Origin: an uncultured delta proteobacterium
Lineage (GTDB): Bacteria > Myxococcota > Myxococcia > Myxococcales > Myxococcaceae
Reading direction: 5' to 3'
NCBI GenBank assembly: GCA_963713045.1
Contig: CAVQKE010000003.1
Location: forward strand, 928,001 to 992,000
Length of the DNA stretch: 64,000 nucleotides
Shown here piece after piece: positions 1 through 9,381 of this stretch. The notes under the pieces are model-generated. The model did no database searches and was not told the DNA's origin. It saw only the letters and a list, made by a program, of their open reading frames with translations. A program made the position numbers and the translations under genes. How positions within the stretch are numbered: the first letter of the stretch is position 1; every line of letters begins with the position of its first letter.

Positions 1-1
1 C

Positions 2-256
2 ACCGTCGATGCCACCACGGCTGACCCAACCCACCTCACCTTCACCACGGATTTTCCCCTCAAAGAGGGGGAGAATTATGTGTTGGTGGTGGCCCGACAG
101 ACGCAGGACTACGCCAGCCGGAGGGCCCTCGTCATCCGCCGACGGCCCGCGGCAGTCGCCCAAGCGCTGACCCGGTCCTCGCAGGAGGCTGCGGCGGGGT
201 GGGGACGAACGGTGGACGTTCCCGCGACGGCACCGGCGGGCGCGGGCAAGCCCTAA
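2..256 (+). CDS. 3' end of a probable carboxyl-terminal (S41-family) serine peptidase, partial
   Basis: Frame 2 is open from the window edge to TAA at 254-256 (..LTFTTDFPLKEGENYVLVVARQTQDYASRRALVIRRRP..). From memory this resembles the C-terminal tail of myxobacterial S41 proteases. The catalytic part lies outside the window. Confidence 0.5.
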   Translation, partial: TVDATTADPTHLTFTTDFPLKEGENYVLVVARQTQDYASRRALVIRRRPAAVAQALTRSSQEAAAGWGRTVDVPATAPAGAGKP

Positions 257-969
257 GTCGTCCTCCCGAGTGCTGCCTGCAGCACTCCTGGGCGGTTGGT
301 AATGAGGGTGTCCACACCCCAGCCGGCCAGCGTCCGCGCACGCGCCGGTTGGTCCACCGTCCAGACGCTGACCTCGCGTCCCCGGGTATGCCACAAGCGG
401 ACCTCTTCCTCAGTCAGCTGCTTGTCCGAAGGATGAACGGCGTCCCGGCCGGCCCACAGAGCGAGTGGCCCGGCGTCGAGCCATGCGGGACGGCCGGGCT
501 CGAGCAGGTAACCACGGCGCAGCGTGGGGGCAACGGCCCCCAGGGCAAGGAGGCAGAGGGGGTGAAAGCTGGACACCACCACATGTGACTGGTGACCGCC
601 CTCCACCAGAAGACGGGCCGTCCGTGTGGCCAGTCGGAGCCACCCGCGGTCGGCCTTCAGCTCGACGTTCACCCACGCCGTCCGGGGCAGCGTTTTCAGC
701 ACGTCCTGGAGAAGCGGGATGGGGGCCCTGCCCTGGGGGGTCGTCACTTCCAGCGTCCGCAGGGTGGACCAGGGCGTTTGCACCACCAGGCCAGTGCGAC
801 CTGTCAAACGTTCCAGCGAATCGTCGTGAAACACCACCACTTCGCCGCTTCCGCACAGACGCGCGTCGAGTTCCACGCCGTCTGCACCTTGCGCGAGGGC
901 AAGCTGGAAGGCCTGGAGGGTGTTCTCCGGTGCATCGGCGCTGGCGCCGCGGTGGCCGAGAATCCGCAC
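253..969 (-). CDS. Glycerophosphodiester phosphodiesterase (GDPD family)
   Basis: Motifs GHRGAS..PENT, GVELD, VVFHD, NVELK, WTVD and ITNRP. Confidence 0.93.
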   Translation of the reverse strand: MRILGHRGASADAPENTLQAFQLALAQGADGVELDARLCGSGEVVVFHDDSLERLTGRTGLVVQTPWSTLRTLEVTTPQGRAPIPLLQDVLKTLPRTAWVNVELKADRGWLRLATRTARLLVEGGHQSHVVVSSFHPLCLLALGAVAPTLRRGYLLEPGRPAWLDAGPLALWAGRDAVHPSDKQLTEEEVRLWHTRGREVSVWTVDQPARARTLAGWGVDTLITNRPGVLQAALGRTT

Positions 970-1067
970 GGGTTGGAAGGGCTAGGGCTGGGGCCCTTGC
1001 CCCGTCAAGCCCGAACCGACATGGGCTTGCGCCCCGGGGGCGGCCGATGAGAGGGTGAGTGTTGCAT

Positions 1068-1307
1068 ATGCCGCGCGTGGGCTTAGGCGAGTTGCTGGTC
1101 ATCGGCTTTGTGCTGCTGGTGGTGCTGTCCGCCTCGCGGATGGCGGCTCTTGGCAACGCGGTCGGAAAGTTTGTGTACTCCTTTCGGAAGGCTGCCCGGG
1201 GGGAGGGCTTCATCGATGCCACCGCGCGCAAGCTGCCGCCCGCTCAGCCGACCGACGCGGAGACCAGTGAAGCGGAGCCACGGCACCCGCCGAGCCGCCG
1301 CCGCTAA
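1068..1307 (+). CDS. tatA: Twin-arginine translocase TatA/E-family subunit
   Basis: GLGELLVI, then a TM helix, then an amphipathic helix (LGNAVGKFVYSFRKA) and a charged tail. The canonical FG hinge reads LS here. Confidence 0.7.
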   Translation: MPRVGLGELLVIGFVLLVVLSASRMAALGNAVGKFVYSFRKAARGEGFIDATARKLPPAQPTDAETSEAEPRHPPSRRR

Positions 1308-1382
1308 GCACCTGGGCCAGGCCCAAGAGGTCAAGCCGCCGCAGCTGACGTCTGGGAGCGTCGCAGATGCCGGCCCGGAGCC

Positions 1383-2183
1383 TCAGCCTTCGTCGAGCAC
1401 CAGGACGGTTGCCTTCGGGGGCTCGGCTTCCTGTCGCTCCGCGGCGAGCAGTGTCCGGGCCTCGGCCCGCACGCTGGGGTGCAGCCCGTGGTCCGCTGCC
1501 ACTTCCACCCAGTCGGTGCGCAACAGCAGCGGCACCACCTTCACGCCGACTTCTGGCGGAAGGTAGGGGTTAAAAACCAACGCTCGCCGCACCGAGCGCA
1601 AGGCGCCCCATTTCGAACGCCACACCTCGGCCAACGGCTCGCCGCGCGCAGGACGTCTTGCCGCAAGCCGGACGACCGAGGGTTCTGTGAGTCGCGGATT
1701 CAGCAGGAGGTTTCGCACCACCGAAGCATTGGAGGCCAGGGCCAAACGCTCCAAGGCATCGGGATCGCGAGCAGTCCGGGCCTTTGTCTTGAGCATCCCC
1801 AGCGTTTCGGGGACGTTGCGCGCGTCGGCCCGCGCTGCGGCGGTCTCCTCCAGCGTTCGCCAGGCAGGCCCGGATGCCAGGAGCCCCGCCACCTCCTCGC
1901 GCAGGACGTCGGGCGGAAGTTGGGCCAGGGCCTCGGCCAGCGGACGGCCCAGTCGGACGTCCGCCAGGACCGCCATCGCTGCGCCAAGCACGCAGCGCGC
2001 CGCTTCGTCGCCGGCCCGGTCCAACGCCAGCAGTTGCCCCAAGAGCCGGGCCATCTCCTCGGCGGGAAGCCTCCCCAGTGCGCGCGCCACGGCGCGCTTC
2101 CGCAGCTCCACGCCTCCGGACACCCCGTGCATTCTCTGGACAAAACGTCGGCCGTCGAGGCCTTCGGCACGAGAGCTTTCCAT
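1383..2183 (-). CDS. Hypothetical alpha-helical repeat protein (LRV/HEAT-like C-terminus)
   Basis: Repeated VRNLLLNP / VRRALVFNP units; immediately downstream of the zinc-ribbon gene on the same strand. Confidence 0.65.
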   Translation of the reverse strand: MESSRAEGLDGRRFVQRMHGVSGGVELRKRAVARALGRLPAEEMARLLGQLLALDRAGDEAARCVLGAAMAVLADVRLGRPLAEALAQLPPDVLREEVAGLLASGPAWRTLEETAAARADARNVPETLGMLKTKARTARDPDALERLALASNASVVRNLLLNPRLTEPSVVRLAARRPARGEPLAEVWRSKWGALRSVRRALVFNPYLPPEVGVKVVPLLLRTDWVEVAADHGLHPSVRAEARTLLAAERQEAEPPKATVLVLDEG

Positions 2184-2187
2184 CGGC

Positions 2188-4008
2188 CTACTTCCCGTCG
2201 GTCGCGGCAGCGGTGACTTTCAGCCGCAGCCCGGCCACCTCCATCGGCGGCTCGTCAAAGAGCAACACGAAATCTGCGCCCTTCCCCGGGGACACCGCCG
2301 GTGCGCCTTCCTGCAGGCGCGCACGGAGGGCTTCGACGTCCCGTCGGGTGCTTGCCTCCACCATCTCCTCGGGTGAGGGCAGCACCCCGGCCAGCCCCTC
2401 GCTGGTGCCGAGTAGCTGACTGCCGTTCCAAATCTCCGCGCGCACCTTCACTTGCCCCGGGGCTCGCCCACGGTTTTCCACTCGGCCGCGCACGTAGGCC
2501 AGCGGTCGACCGCCCCGCGTCTCGTACAACCCGTTGCTAACGTCGAGGGTGACAATGCCGGTCGGCGGAACGAAGAGGGCCGCCCAACGGCTTGGGGACA
2601 ACGCTGCCCAGTCGAGACGGCCCTCGTTGACGTAGACGTTGCCCACTGCCGCTAGCACCACCACCAGGACGGCTGCGACGGTGATGTTGATGACTGCCCC
2701 GCTCACCCGTCGGGCAGCACCAAACTCGCGACGCTCCTCGAGACCCAAGACAGACGTCCCAGTGGGGGGTCGGCTAATACGGCCCATCGGGGTTGGGGGC
2801 ACCGGCGGAAGGCCCGCCGCTGGGTGCTGAATGGGCTCGGGCGCAGCGTCCGGGACGTCCGCCAACAGTGACGTCGGCGCCGCCCCTTCCTGAGGCAGTG
2901 GAGAGCCCGGCATGTCGAACAGCGCCGCCCGGTCTGCGGCCGGGTCCGCTCCGACAGGAAAGGAGTCCTCGTCCAATCGCGTGGCGCTTCGGCCGAAGAG
3001 CTCGCCGGTGGGCGTCCGGCCGTCCGGTGTTGAGGCCGCCGGAGGCGACGGGGCAAAGTCGAGCTCTGCGAGGCTCGGCGAGGACGAGGAGGCGGAAGCT
3101 GCTCGCGCTTCGGGCGGCGCAGGGGGACTGAAGTCGCCGAAGGAGTCCGCGGCTGCCTCAGCCAGCTCGGTGCTCCCGGAGAAAGCGGGCGGGGGCGGCC
3201 CCAACAACTCGTCAAAGTCGAGACTGCCTGGGGGGGATGGGGGCGGTGACGCCGCGGCCACCGGTGGCGCGGCCGGTGGCAGCGTCCCCCGAGCGGGCGC
3301 GACCGACTGGAAAGGGCCGTCCAGGGTGTTGAGGTCACCAAAGTCAAACTCGGCGGAGTCGGGGGACGGAGGCAGTTCGAGACCCCCTTCGGTGGACCCC
3401 TGCCACGCTGAATGGGGTGAACCCCTCTCCAATTCGAGTCGGTCGTCTGGGGAAGCCTCCAGCGCCAGGGCCTCGGCCCCGCTTGGTTCGGGCGGAGGGA
3501 CCACCGTCAGTTGGCGCACCATTGCGATGCGCGCGAGCGCGATGCGGGGGGTGGCGTCGTTCGCCTCCTCTTCGGCCGGCTCAGTTGCTTCGCTGGCCGT
3601 CGGCGCGGGCCGCAACGGCACCTCTTCGGGTTGCGGTGGCCTCGGCGGCGGAGGCGCAAAGTCCCACGCTTCGACGTCAGGGCCGCGCGCTGCTCGCTTC
3701 GCCTCCGGCGCCTCGACGTCCACATCGAAGTCGTCGGCCGGCGGCGCGGCCGCCGGTTCCACCTCCACCCCCGAGTCGACTCCCACCACGGCGATTCCTC
3801 GCGGCGGCGTCTTGTCCTGCTCCGAGAGAGCGTCCGGGGGTGCAAACTGGGCGAAGGGGTCCTGTGCCGATTCAGGCGCCGGCTCGGCCGGGCGGCTCAC
3901 ACGGAAGGTGTGACGGCAGCGTGTGCAGCGGACCTTGACGCCCTTCGCGGTCACCTTTTCATCGGGGATCCGAAAGCGCGTCTGGCACTGGGGGCAGGTG
4001 ACGATCAT
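2188..4008 (-). CDS. MJ0042-type zinc-ribbon membrane protein with long Pro/Ala/acidic linker and a C-terminal extracytoplasmic (DUF3426-like) domain
   Basis: Starts MIVTCPQCQTRFRIPDEKV..VRCTRCRHTF at ATG 4008. A long low-complexity linker follows, then a TM helix (VINITVAAVLVVVLAAVG) and a beta-rich C-terminus (YVRGRVEN). Confidence 0.85.
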   Translation of the reverse strand: MIVTCPQCQTRFRIPDEKVTAKGVKVRCTRCRHTFRVSRPAEPAPESAQDPFAQFAPPDALSEQDKTPPRGIAVVGVDSGVEVEPAAAPPADDFDVDVEAPEAKRAARGPDVEAWDFAPPPPRPPQPEEVPLRPAPTASEATEPAEEEANDATPRIALARIAMVRQLTVVPPPEPSGAEALALEASPDDRLELERGSPHSAWQGSTEGGLELPPSPDSAEFDFGDLNTLDGPFQSVAPARGTLPPAAPPVAAASPPPSPPGSLDFDELLGPPPPAFSGSTELAEAAADSFGDFSPPAPPEARAASASSSSPSLAELDFAPSPPAASTPDGRTPTGELFGRSATRLDEDSFPVGADPAADRAALFDMPGSPLPQEGAAPTSLLADVPDAAPEPIQHPAAGLPPVPPTPMGRISRPPTGTSVLGLEERREFGAARRVSGAVINITVAAVLVVVLAAVGNVYVNEGRLDWAALSPSRWAALFVPPTGIVTLDVSNGLYETRGGRPLAYVRGRVENRGRAPGQVKVRAEIWNGSQLLGTSEGLAGVLPSPEEMVEASTRRDVEALRARLQEGAPAVSPGKGADFVLLFDEPPMEVAGLRLKVTAAATDGK

Positions 4009-4234
4009 CCAGGGCGCGGGAGACGGGGGTACCGGAGCATACCCCGGGGTCCCCCTCCCGGCGCGGTGCGCCACAGCCCTACCCTAGGGCTTGCCGGCAG
4101 CCCGAGACGACTGCTATCCATTGGAAAACCCAAGCTTCCTGGCAGTCCACGCTGCGGCGCGGCACTGTTTTAGAGGCGCTTTTCCGGACCGGAGCGCTGG
4201 TCGCCCCGTCACCCCCGGCGTACCCTGGCAGACG

Positions 4235-4822
4235 ATGAATGACGCCGAGCCGCTCGCTTCTCCCCCGCCGTCCCGCGAGCCCAAAATCATCAAGCGGTAC
4301 ACCAACCGCAAACTCTACGACACCGTCGAGAGTCGCTATGTCACCCTCGACGAGATTGCAGAGATGATTAAGCAGGGGGCGGAGGTGAAGATTGTCGACA
4401 ACCGCAGCAAGGACGACCTGACCTCCATTACCCTGGCGCAGATTATTTTCGAGGAGGAGAAGAAGCAGCACCAGATGCCGCTCTCGGTTCTGCGCGAGAT
4501 TATCCGCCGTCCGGGTGAAGTGGTGACTGGCTTCATCGAGCGCGAGGTGACTCCACGTGTGGCATCCATCCGAGAGGAGGCGGAGACGCGCATTGACCGA
4601 CTTCTCGGCCGCGAGGGTGGCTCGGACAGCACCTTGAAGGATGACCTTTTACGGATGAGTCAGCGCGCGCTGGAGGACTGGCAGCGCAAGGTCGACGAGC
4701 GGGTGAAAGCGGCAGTGGACGGAGTGCTCGGGACGCTGCCGGCGTTGGGGCACGACCTCCAGGCGCTGACCCGCCGCCTCGAGGAGATGGAGAAGCGGCT
4801 CGACGACCTGGAGAAGCGTTAG
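4235..4822 (+). CDS. PHA-synthesis-regulator (PhaR-like) DNA-binding domain protein with C-terminal coiled coil
   Basis: IIKRYTNRKLYDTVESRYVTLDEIAEMI..VDN...DDLT..TLAQII is the PHB_acc_N/PhaR N-terminal signature. Likely ATG at 4235. Confidence 0.85.
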   Translation: MNDAEPLASPPPSREPKIIKRYTNRKLYDTVESRYVTLDEIAEMIKQGAEVKIVDNRSKDDLTSITLAQIIFEEEKKQHQMPLSVLREIIRRPGEVVTGFIEREVTPRVASIREEAETRIDRLLGREGGSDSTLKDDLLRMSQRALEDWQRKVDERVKAAVDGVLGTLPALGHDLQALTRRLEEMEKRLDDLEKR

Positions 4823-5586
4823 TCCGGACGGGTCCAAATCGCTTCAACCACCGTCCGCATCGACTGCGCTCCCTGGCCCTTCGGGGCATATTCCCAAATG
4901 GTTTGCCCGTGGCTCTGGGCCTCATCGATTTTGACGTACACCCCTAATCCGGGCGTTACCCTCTGGGGGAAGTGGGCTTCCAGCCGCTCGAGGATTGCCG
5001 CTGCCAGCGACGTGCGTCGCACGAGCATCGGTACGACTGCGCTGATGTGCAGCCCCGGCACGCCTTCCTGCTGCGCCACCCGCTCCACCGTTTGAGCGAC
5101 TTCGGCGCAACCGTCCAGCGCAAGGTAGGTCAGGGCAACTGGCAGCACCACCTCGGTGGCAGCAACCAGGGCGTTGGAAACGGCCGGTCCGAGAGACGGC
5201 GGAGCATCGATGACCACCAGGTCGAAGCGGTCCGACACCTCCGCCAGTCGCTCGGCCAGGCGATGCAGCGGGCGCTCTTGGCCGGCGAGTGCTGCCGACA
5301 GCCCTGCCAGTTGCTTGTAGGCCGGCACCACCGACAGCCGGGGGACAGCAGAGGGGCGGGCCACGTCGGCCAACGCCACGCCCGGGTCGGTGAGCCAGTG
5401 GAAGGTGTTGGGAGTCAGCGTCCGGACGTCGAGGCCAAGCGATTTACCGGCGTGTCCTTGCGTGTCCAGGTCGACCAACAGAACGCGCTGACCGCGGTGC
5501 TCGGCTGCCCATGCTGCCAGGTGGACTGCAAGCGTCGTCTTGCCAGTCCCGCCTTTCTCGTTGACAAAGGCGATGCGCCGCATCAA
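4819..5586 (-). CDS. ParA/Soj-family ATPase
   Basis: Deviant Walker A NEKGGTGKTT, plus DLDTQG and IDAPPSLG. No parB nearby. Confidence 0.92.
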   Translation of the reverse strand: MMRRIAFVNEKGGTGKTTLAVHLAAWAAEHRGQRVLLVDLDTQGHAGKSLGLDVRTLTPNTFHWLTDPGVALADVARPSAVPRLSVVPAYKQLAGLSAALAGQERPLHRLAERLAEVSDRFDLVVIDAPPSLGPAVSNALVAATEVVLPVALTYLALDGCAEVAQTVERVAQQEGVPGLHISAVVPMLVRRTSLAAAILERLEAHFPQRVTPGLGVYVKIDEAQSHGQTIWEYAPKGQGAQSMRTVVEAIWTRPD

Positions 5587-5885
5587 GGCGCCGGCCGTTC
5601 AGCGAGGAGGGCGTCCAACTTGCGTTCCACCGAGCTGAGTAAACGCTCCAGGTCATCCACCTTGGCGCGCAGGGATTCCACGTCGGCGCTGGACGGCAGA
5701 TTCATCGCGGCCAGCGCACTGCGGAGGCTCTTGTCCAGCGAGCCTTTGGCGGCAAGCGATTTCGACACCAGCGACTGGACCGCGGCGACAAACGTCTCAT
5801 TGGAGAGCAGCGTGGAGGCCAGTTTCCCAACCCGCGCTTCTCCCGTCTCCACCAGCTTCTTCACCATCGGATTGTCTCTGAACAT
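5583..5885 (-). CDS. Small phasin/PhaE-C-terminus-like coiled-coil protein
   Basis: AMNLPSSADVESLRAKVDDLE resembles the LNLPSxxD(I/V)xxL motif of PHA-granule proteins. Overlaps the parA start by 4 bp. Confidence 0.6.
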   Translation of the reverse strand: MFRDNPMVKKLVETGEARVGKLASTLLSNETFVAAVQSLVSKSLAAKGSLDKSLRSALAAMNLPSSADVESLRAKVDDLERLLSSVERKLDALLAERPAP

Positions 5886-5957
5886 GGTGGTTGTCCCGGA
5901 GCGGCGGAAGGCCGCCCTCTTCGCAGCGGCCCTGGCAGGCTGTCAAGGCACGCTCGA

Positions 5958-6908
5958 TTGACACTGGACGAGCGGCTTCCCTACGGTGCCGCGCTCCCAC
6001 GCCCGATGACACAGCTCCCCAGGCCAAGGCTGCTCGTCATCACCGGCAAGGGAGGCGTCGGAAAGAGCACCGTCTCCGCTGCCTTGGCCCTGGCGCTCGC
6101 ACGCTCGGGCGCGCGGACGCTGCTCTGCGAGGTGAACAGTGGCGGTCGTGCCACGGCCCTCTTGGGATATCCGCCCGCTGGACCCGAGGTGGCGCAGGTG
6201 GAAGGGGATTTGTGGAGCGTGGACGTACGGCCCGCGGAGGCGATGCGCGAATACGTGCTGACGAAAATTCGCTTCGAGCGGGTCTACCGAGCCGTCTTCG
6301 AAAATCCTTTGGTGCGCACCTTTCTTCGCTTCATCCCCTCGCTGGCCGAGACAGTGATGCTTGGCAAAGTGTGCTGGCACCTGCGAGAGACGGATGGAAA
6401 CCGCAAGCGCTGGGACGCGGTGGTCCTGGACGCGCCGGCGACCGGGCATGCCCTCACCTTTTTCGGCGTGCCCCAGGTGCTGTTGGACACCCTCCCCCCG
6501 GGGACAATGGCGGAGGAGGCGGGCTGGATGCGCGACATGCTCGTCGACCCGGCGGTCACCGGGGCGCTGGTGGTCACTCTGCCGGAGGAGCTGCCGGTCC
6601 TAGAATCTTTCGAATTGGCGGCCGGACTTCGCGCGCGTCACATCGCCCTGTCGGCGATGGTGGTCAACCAGGCAACCGAGCCGCGCTTCCTGCCGGAAGA
6701 GGTCCGCGCCCTGGGCAGCGTCCCTCGCCTTCAAGCTCTCGCCCGCTCGCACGCCGAGGAGGCTGAGCGGACCCGCGACGCTGTCGAGCGCCTAGGGACG
6801 CTGGGCGCTCCGGTGCTCCGACTACCTCGTCTGTACCAGGCGATGGACCCAGCAGCCCTGCAAGCCTTGGGTGTCACCCTGCTGGCTGGGCTCGAGGGGC
6901 ATCGGTGA
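5958..6908 (+). CDS. ArsA/Get3-family ATPase, subunit 1 (BagA/Rv3679 type)
   Basis: GKGGVGKST and DAPATGH. Switch I reads CEVN instead of xDPA. The true start may be the internal ATG (MTQLP). Confidence 0.88.
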   Translation: MTLDERLPYGAALPRPMTQLPRPRLLVITGKGGVGKSTVSAALALALARSGARTLLCEVNSGGRATALLGYPPAGPEVAQVEGDLWSVDVRPAEAMREYVLTKIRFERVYRAVFENPLVRTFLRFIPSLAETVMLGKVCWHLRETDGNRKRWDAVVLDAPATGHALTFFGVPQVLLDTLPPGTMAEEAGWMRDMLVDPAVTGALVVTLPEELPVLESFELAAGLRARHIALSAMVVNQATEPRFLPEEVRALGSVPRLQALARSHAEEAERTRDAVERLGTLGAPVLRLPRLYQAMDPAALQALGVTLLAGLEGHR

Positions 6909-8050
6909 AGCCGCTGCTCGAGGCGCTTCGCACGCGCGGTGTGATGGTCTGCGTTGGCCCAGGAGGTGTGGGCAAGACGACATTGTCTGCAGCTCTCGCG
7001 CTCCAGGGCGCAGCCCTCGGCCGCGCCTCCTTGGTTTGCACCATCGACCCGGCGCGCCGACTGGCGAACGCGCTCGGCCTATCTGAACTGGGCAACGTCG
7101 CGCGGCCAATCGACCAAGGCGAGTTGCAGGCAGCGGGCATCCAATTGGCCGCTCCAGTCGAAGCAATGATGCTGGACATGAAGCAGTCCTGGGACGAACT
7201 CATCGCCCGCTCGGCCACACCGGCCCAAAGGGACCGGATTTTGGCCAACCGGTTTTACCAGTCCCTTTCCAGCGCTCTTGCAGGAAGCCAGGAGTACATC
7301 GCCCTCGAAAAGCTCTGGGAGCTGCGTTCCTCAGGAAGCTACCAGCTGCTGGTGCTGGACACCCCGCCTACCGCTCATGCCCTCGACTTCCTCGACGCTC
7401 CGGCCCGGGTGCTCGACTTCCTCGGAACGGACACCGCACGCTGGCTCCTCAAACCCGCGCTCCAGGGAGCCAAGCTTGGCTTCCGTATTTTTGGAATCGG
7501 CGGAAACCTCATTAGCCGCACCCTGTCGCGCATCGTCGGCGCACAGACGCTCTCCGACCTGGCGGCTTTCCTCCTCGCCATGAGCTCCCTCAACGAAACG
7601 TTTCACGAGCGCGCCCGCGCGGTGCGGGCCCTGCTGACCAGCGAGGAAACGGTGTTGGTCCTGGTCACCGGACCGGCCGCCCAGCGCCGTGAAGAGGCCA
7701 TCCAGTTTCACCAATCCTTGCTTCAGCAGCGGCTGCACGTCGCCGCCGTGGTGGTCAATCAAGTGCACGGCGCCATTGGACCGGAGGAGATGGCCGCGGT
7801 GGCACGCTTTTCCGAGCCGTTACGCGGGAAGCTCGAGCTCACCATTTCCGAGGCCAATGCCCTGGCGGGCGCGGACGCCCAAGGCCTAACGGCGCTGGGT
7901 GCGGCGGTTGCCCCCACCCCGCTTCTGACCGTGCCGCGCTTCGCCGGTGACGTGCACGACTTGGGCGCACTCTGGCGGGCAGGGGCTTACCTCACCTCCG
8001 ACGCCGCCCCGGAGCCCCTCACTGCCGCTGGCCAAGCGCCAGGGGCCTAG
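6905..8050 (+). CDS. ArsA/Get3-family ATPase, subunit 2 (BagB/Rv3680 type)
   Basis: GPGGVGKTT, TIDPARRLA and DTPPTAHALDFLDAP. 4-bp overlap with subunit 1. Confidence 0.9.
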   Translation: MKPLLEALRTRGVMVCVGPGGVGKTTLSAALALQGAALGRASLVCTIDPARRLANALGLSELGNVARPIDQGELQAAGIQLAAPVEAMMLDMKQSWDELIARSATPAQRDRILANRFYQSLSSALAGSQEYIALEKLWELRSSGSYQLLVLDTPPTAHALDFLDAPARVLDFLGTDTARWLLKPALQGAKLGFRIFGIGGNLISRTLSRIVGAQTLSDLAAFLLAMSSLNETFHERARAVRALLTSEETVLVLVTGPAAQRREEAIQFHQSLLQQRLHVAAVVVNQVHGAIGPEEMAAVARFSEPLRGKLELTISEANALAGADAQGLTALGAAVAPTPLLTVPRFAGDVHDLGALWRAGAYLTSDAAPEPLTAAGQAPGA

Positions 8051-8058
8051 CATCCAGG

Positions 8059-9300
8059 GTGCCCGGGTTGGCAAACTCCTCCCTTGCTAGGCCTCGTCCG
8101 GCCCGGCCTCGCGTGGCAACTCGTTCCCTCTCCAAGCGGCCCTGGGCCCTGCTCTTCCTCACCCTCGGCATGGCCGGCTGCGCCGGTGCGCCCGTGCGCC
8201 ACCCAGCCTCCGAGGAGATGGTCTCCATGCCTCCACTCGAGGTGCTGGGGGACACCACTCTGGCCCGCATGAATGACGAGGAACTTTTTGCCAACGGAGC
8301 GTCCGCCTATGGCAGCGGCGACTGGGCTCGGGCAGCGGCTTGCTTTGAGCGGCTGGTTCTCGCCTACCCGACGAGCCCCCACCTGTTGCTGGCTCAATAC
8401 AATGCGGGGCTGGCGCGCGAGCGGATGGGGGACTGGCAGGAAGCGAATGCCCACTTCGCCGCCATCAGCGACCCGGCTGGCAGCGGCGATGCCTTGGATG
8501 CCGCCTTCCACCTCGCCGAGACGCTGTACCACCTCGGCCGCTACGGGGAGGCGGCGGACTTGCTCGGCCAAATGGTTCGGCGTGAGGAACTGCCTCTGGG
8601 TCGCCGCCTGGAAGCCCAGGTGCAACAGGGAGTGTGCGAAGTTGAGGATGGCCGACTGGATGCGGGCGAGAAGACGCTTCGGCAAGCTCTCGCCGATTGG
8701 AGCAACGCCGAGGACCGCGACCGCCTCGACGACTACTTTCCGGGCCAGGCGCAGTTTTTTCTCGGGGAAATCTACCGCCTGCACTACGCCAGTGTGCACC
8801 TCAATCCAGAGCAGGGCGCCGACCAGCTGGCCAAGGACCTCGAATTCAAGGCGGAGTTGCTGCTCTCCGCGCAAGGCCACTACTTCCGCACCATCAAAGT
8901 TGGCAACGCGTACTGGGCGACGGCCGCCGGGACGCAGATTGGCGGCCTCTATCAGGACATGTACCAACAGATTTCGGAGTCTGCTGCTCCGAAGGAGCTG
9001 AAGGAGGAGGAGGTCCGCATCTACCGCCAGGAGCTCCGCAAGCGCGTGCGGGTCCTCCTGACCAAGGCCATTACCGTCTACGAGAGCACCCTCGCTGCCG
9101 CCGAACGGCTCGGCTCGAGCGGGCCATTCGTCGACCGGGCTCGGGAGGGGCTGGAACGAATGAAGCAGCTGCTGCTGGCCGATGCCGCCGAGGACGCACC
9201 CGCAGCTCCACCCCCTCCGGCCTCCCGAGGCGCCTCCGGGGAGCCTCGCCCGCTCAACCCCACGCCGGCGGCACGCGCCGCGTCCGGCGGCTCGGGCTGA
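8059..9300 (+). CDS. Tetratricopeptide-repeat lipoprotein
   Basis: Lipobox-like MAGC followed by multiple TPR helices (AQYNAGLA, AAFHLAETLYHLGRY, AQFFLGEIY). Start uncertain. Confidence 0.8.
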   Translation: MPGLANSSLARPRPARPRVATRSLSKRPWALLFLTLGMAGCAGAPVRHPASEEMVSMPPLEVLGDTTLARMNDEELFANGASAYGSGDWARAAACFERLVLAYPTSPHLLLAQYNAGLARERMGDWQEANAHFAAISDPAGSGDALDAAFHLAETLYHLGRYGEAADLLGQMVRREELPLGRRLEAQVQQGVCEVEDGRLDAGEKTLRQALADWSNAEDRDRLDDYFPGQAQFFLGEIYRLHYASVHLNPEQGADQLAKDLEFKAELLLSAQGHYFRTIKVGNAYWATAAGTQIGGLYQDMYQQISESAAPKELKEEEVRIYRQELRKRVRVLLTKAITVYESTLAAAERLGSSGPFVDRAREGLERMKQLLLADAAEDAPAAPPPPASRGASGEPRPLNPTPAARAASGGSG

Positions 9301-9381
9301 GTCTCACGCACGATGGCAGCCTTGAGTCGGCCCGCCCCAGCCCCGACGGCAGGGTGCACCAGTAGACTGCGATTGCAGCGG

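Noticed and set aside
4819..5586. Plasmid or prophage partition locus
   Set aside because: No parB, rep, integrase or phage genes; the context is chromosomal housekeeping.
5958..8050. Arsenic-resistance operon
   Set aside because: No arsB, acr3, arsC, arsR or arsD, and the motif pattern is BagAB/Get3-like.
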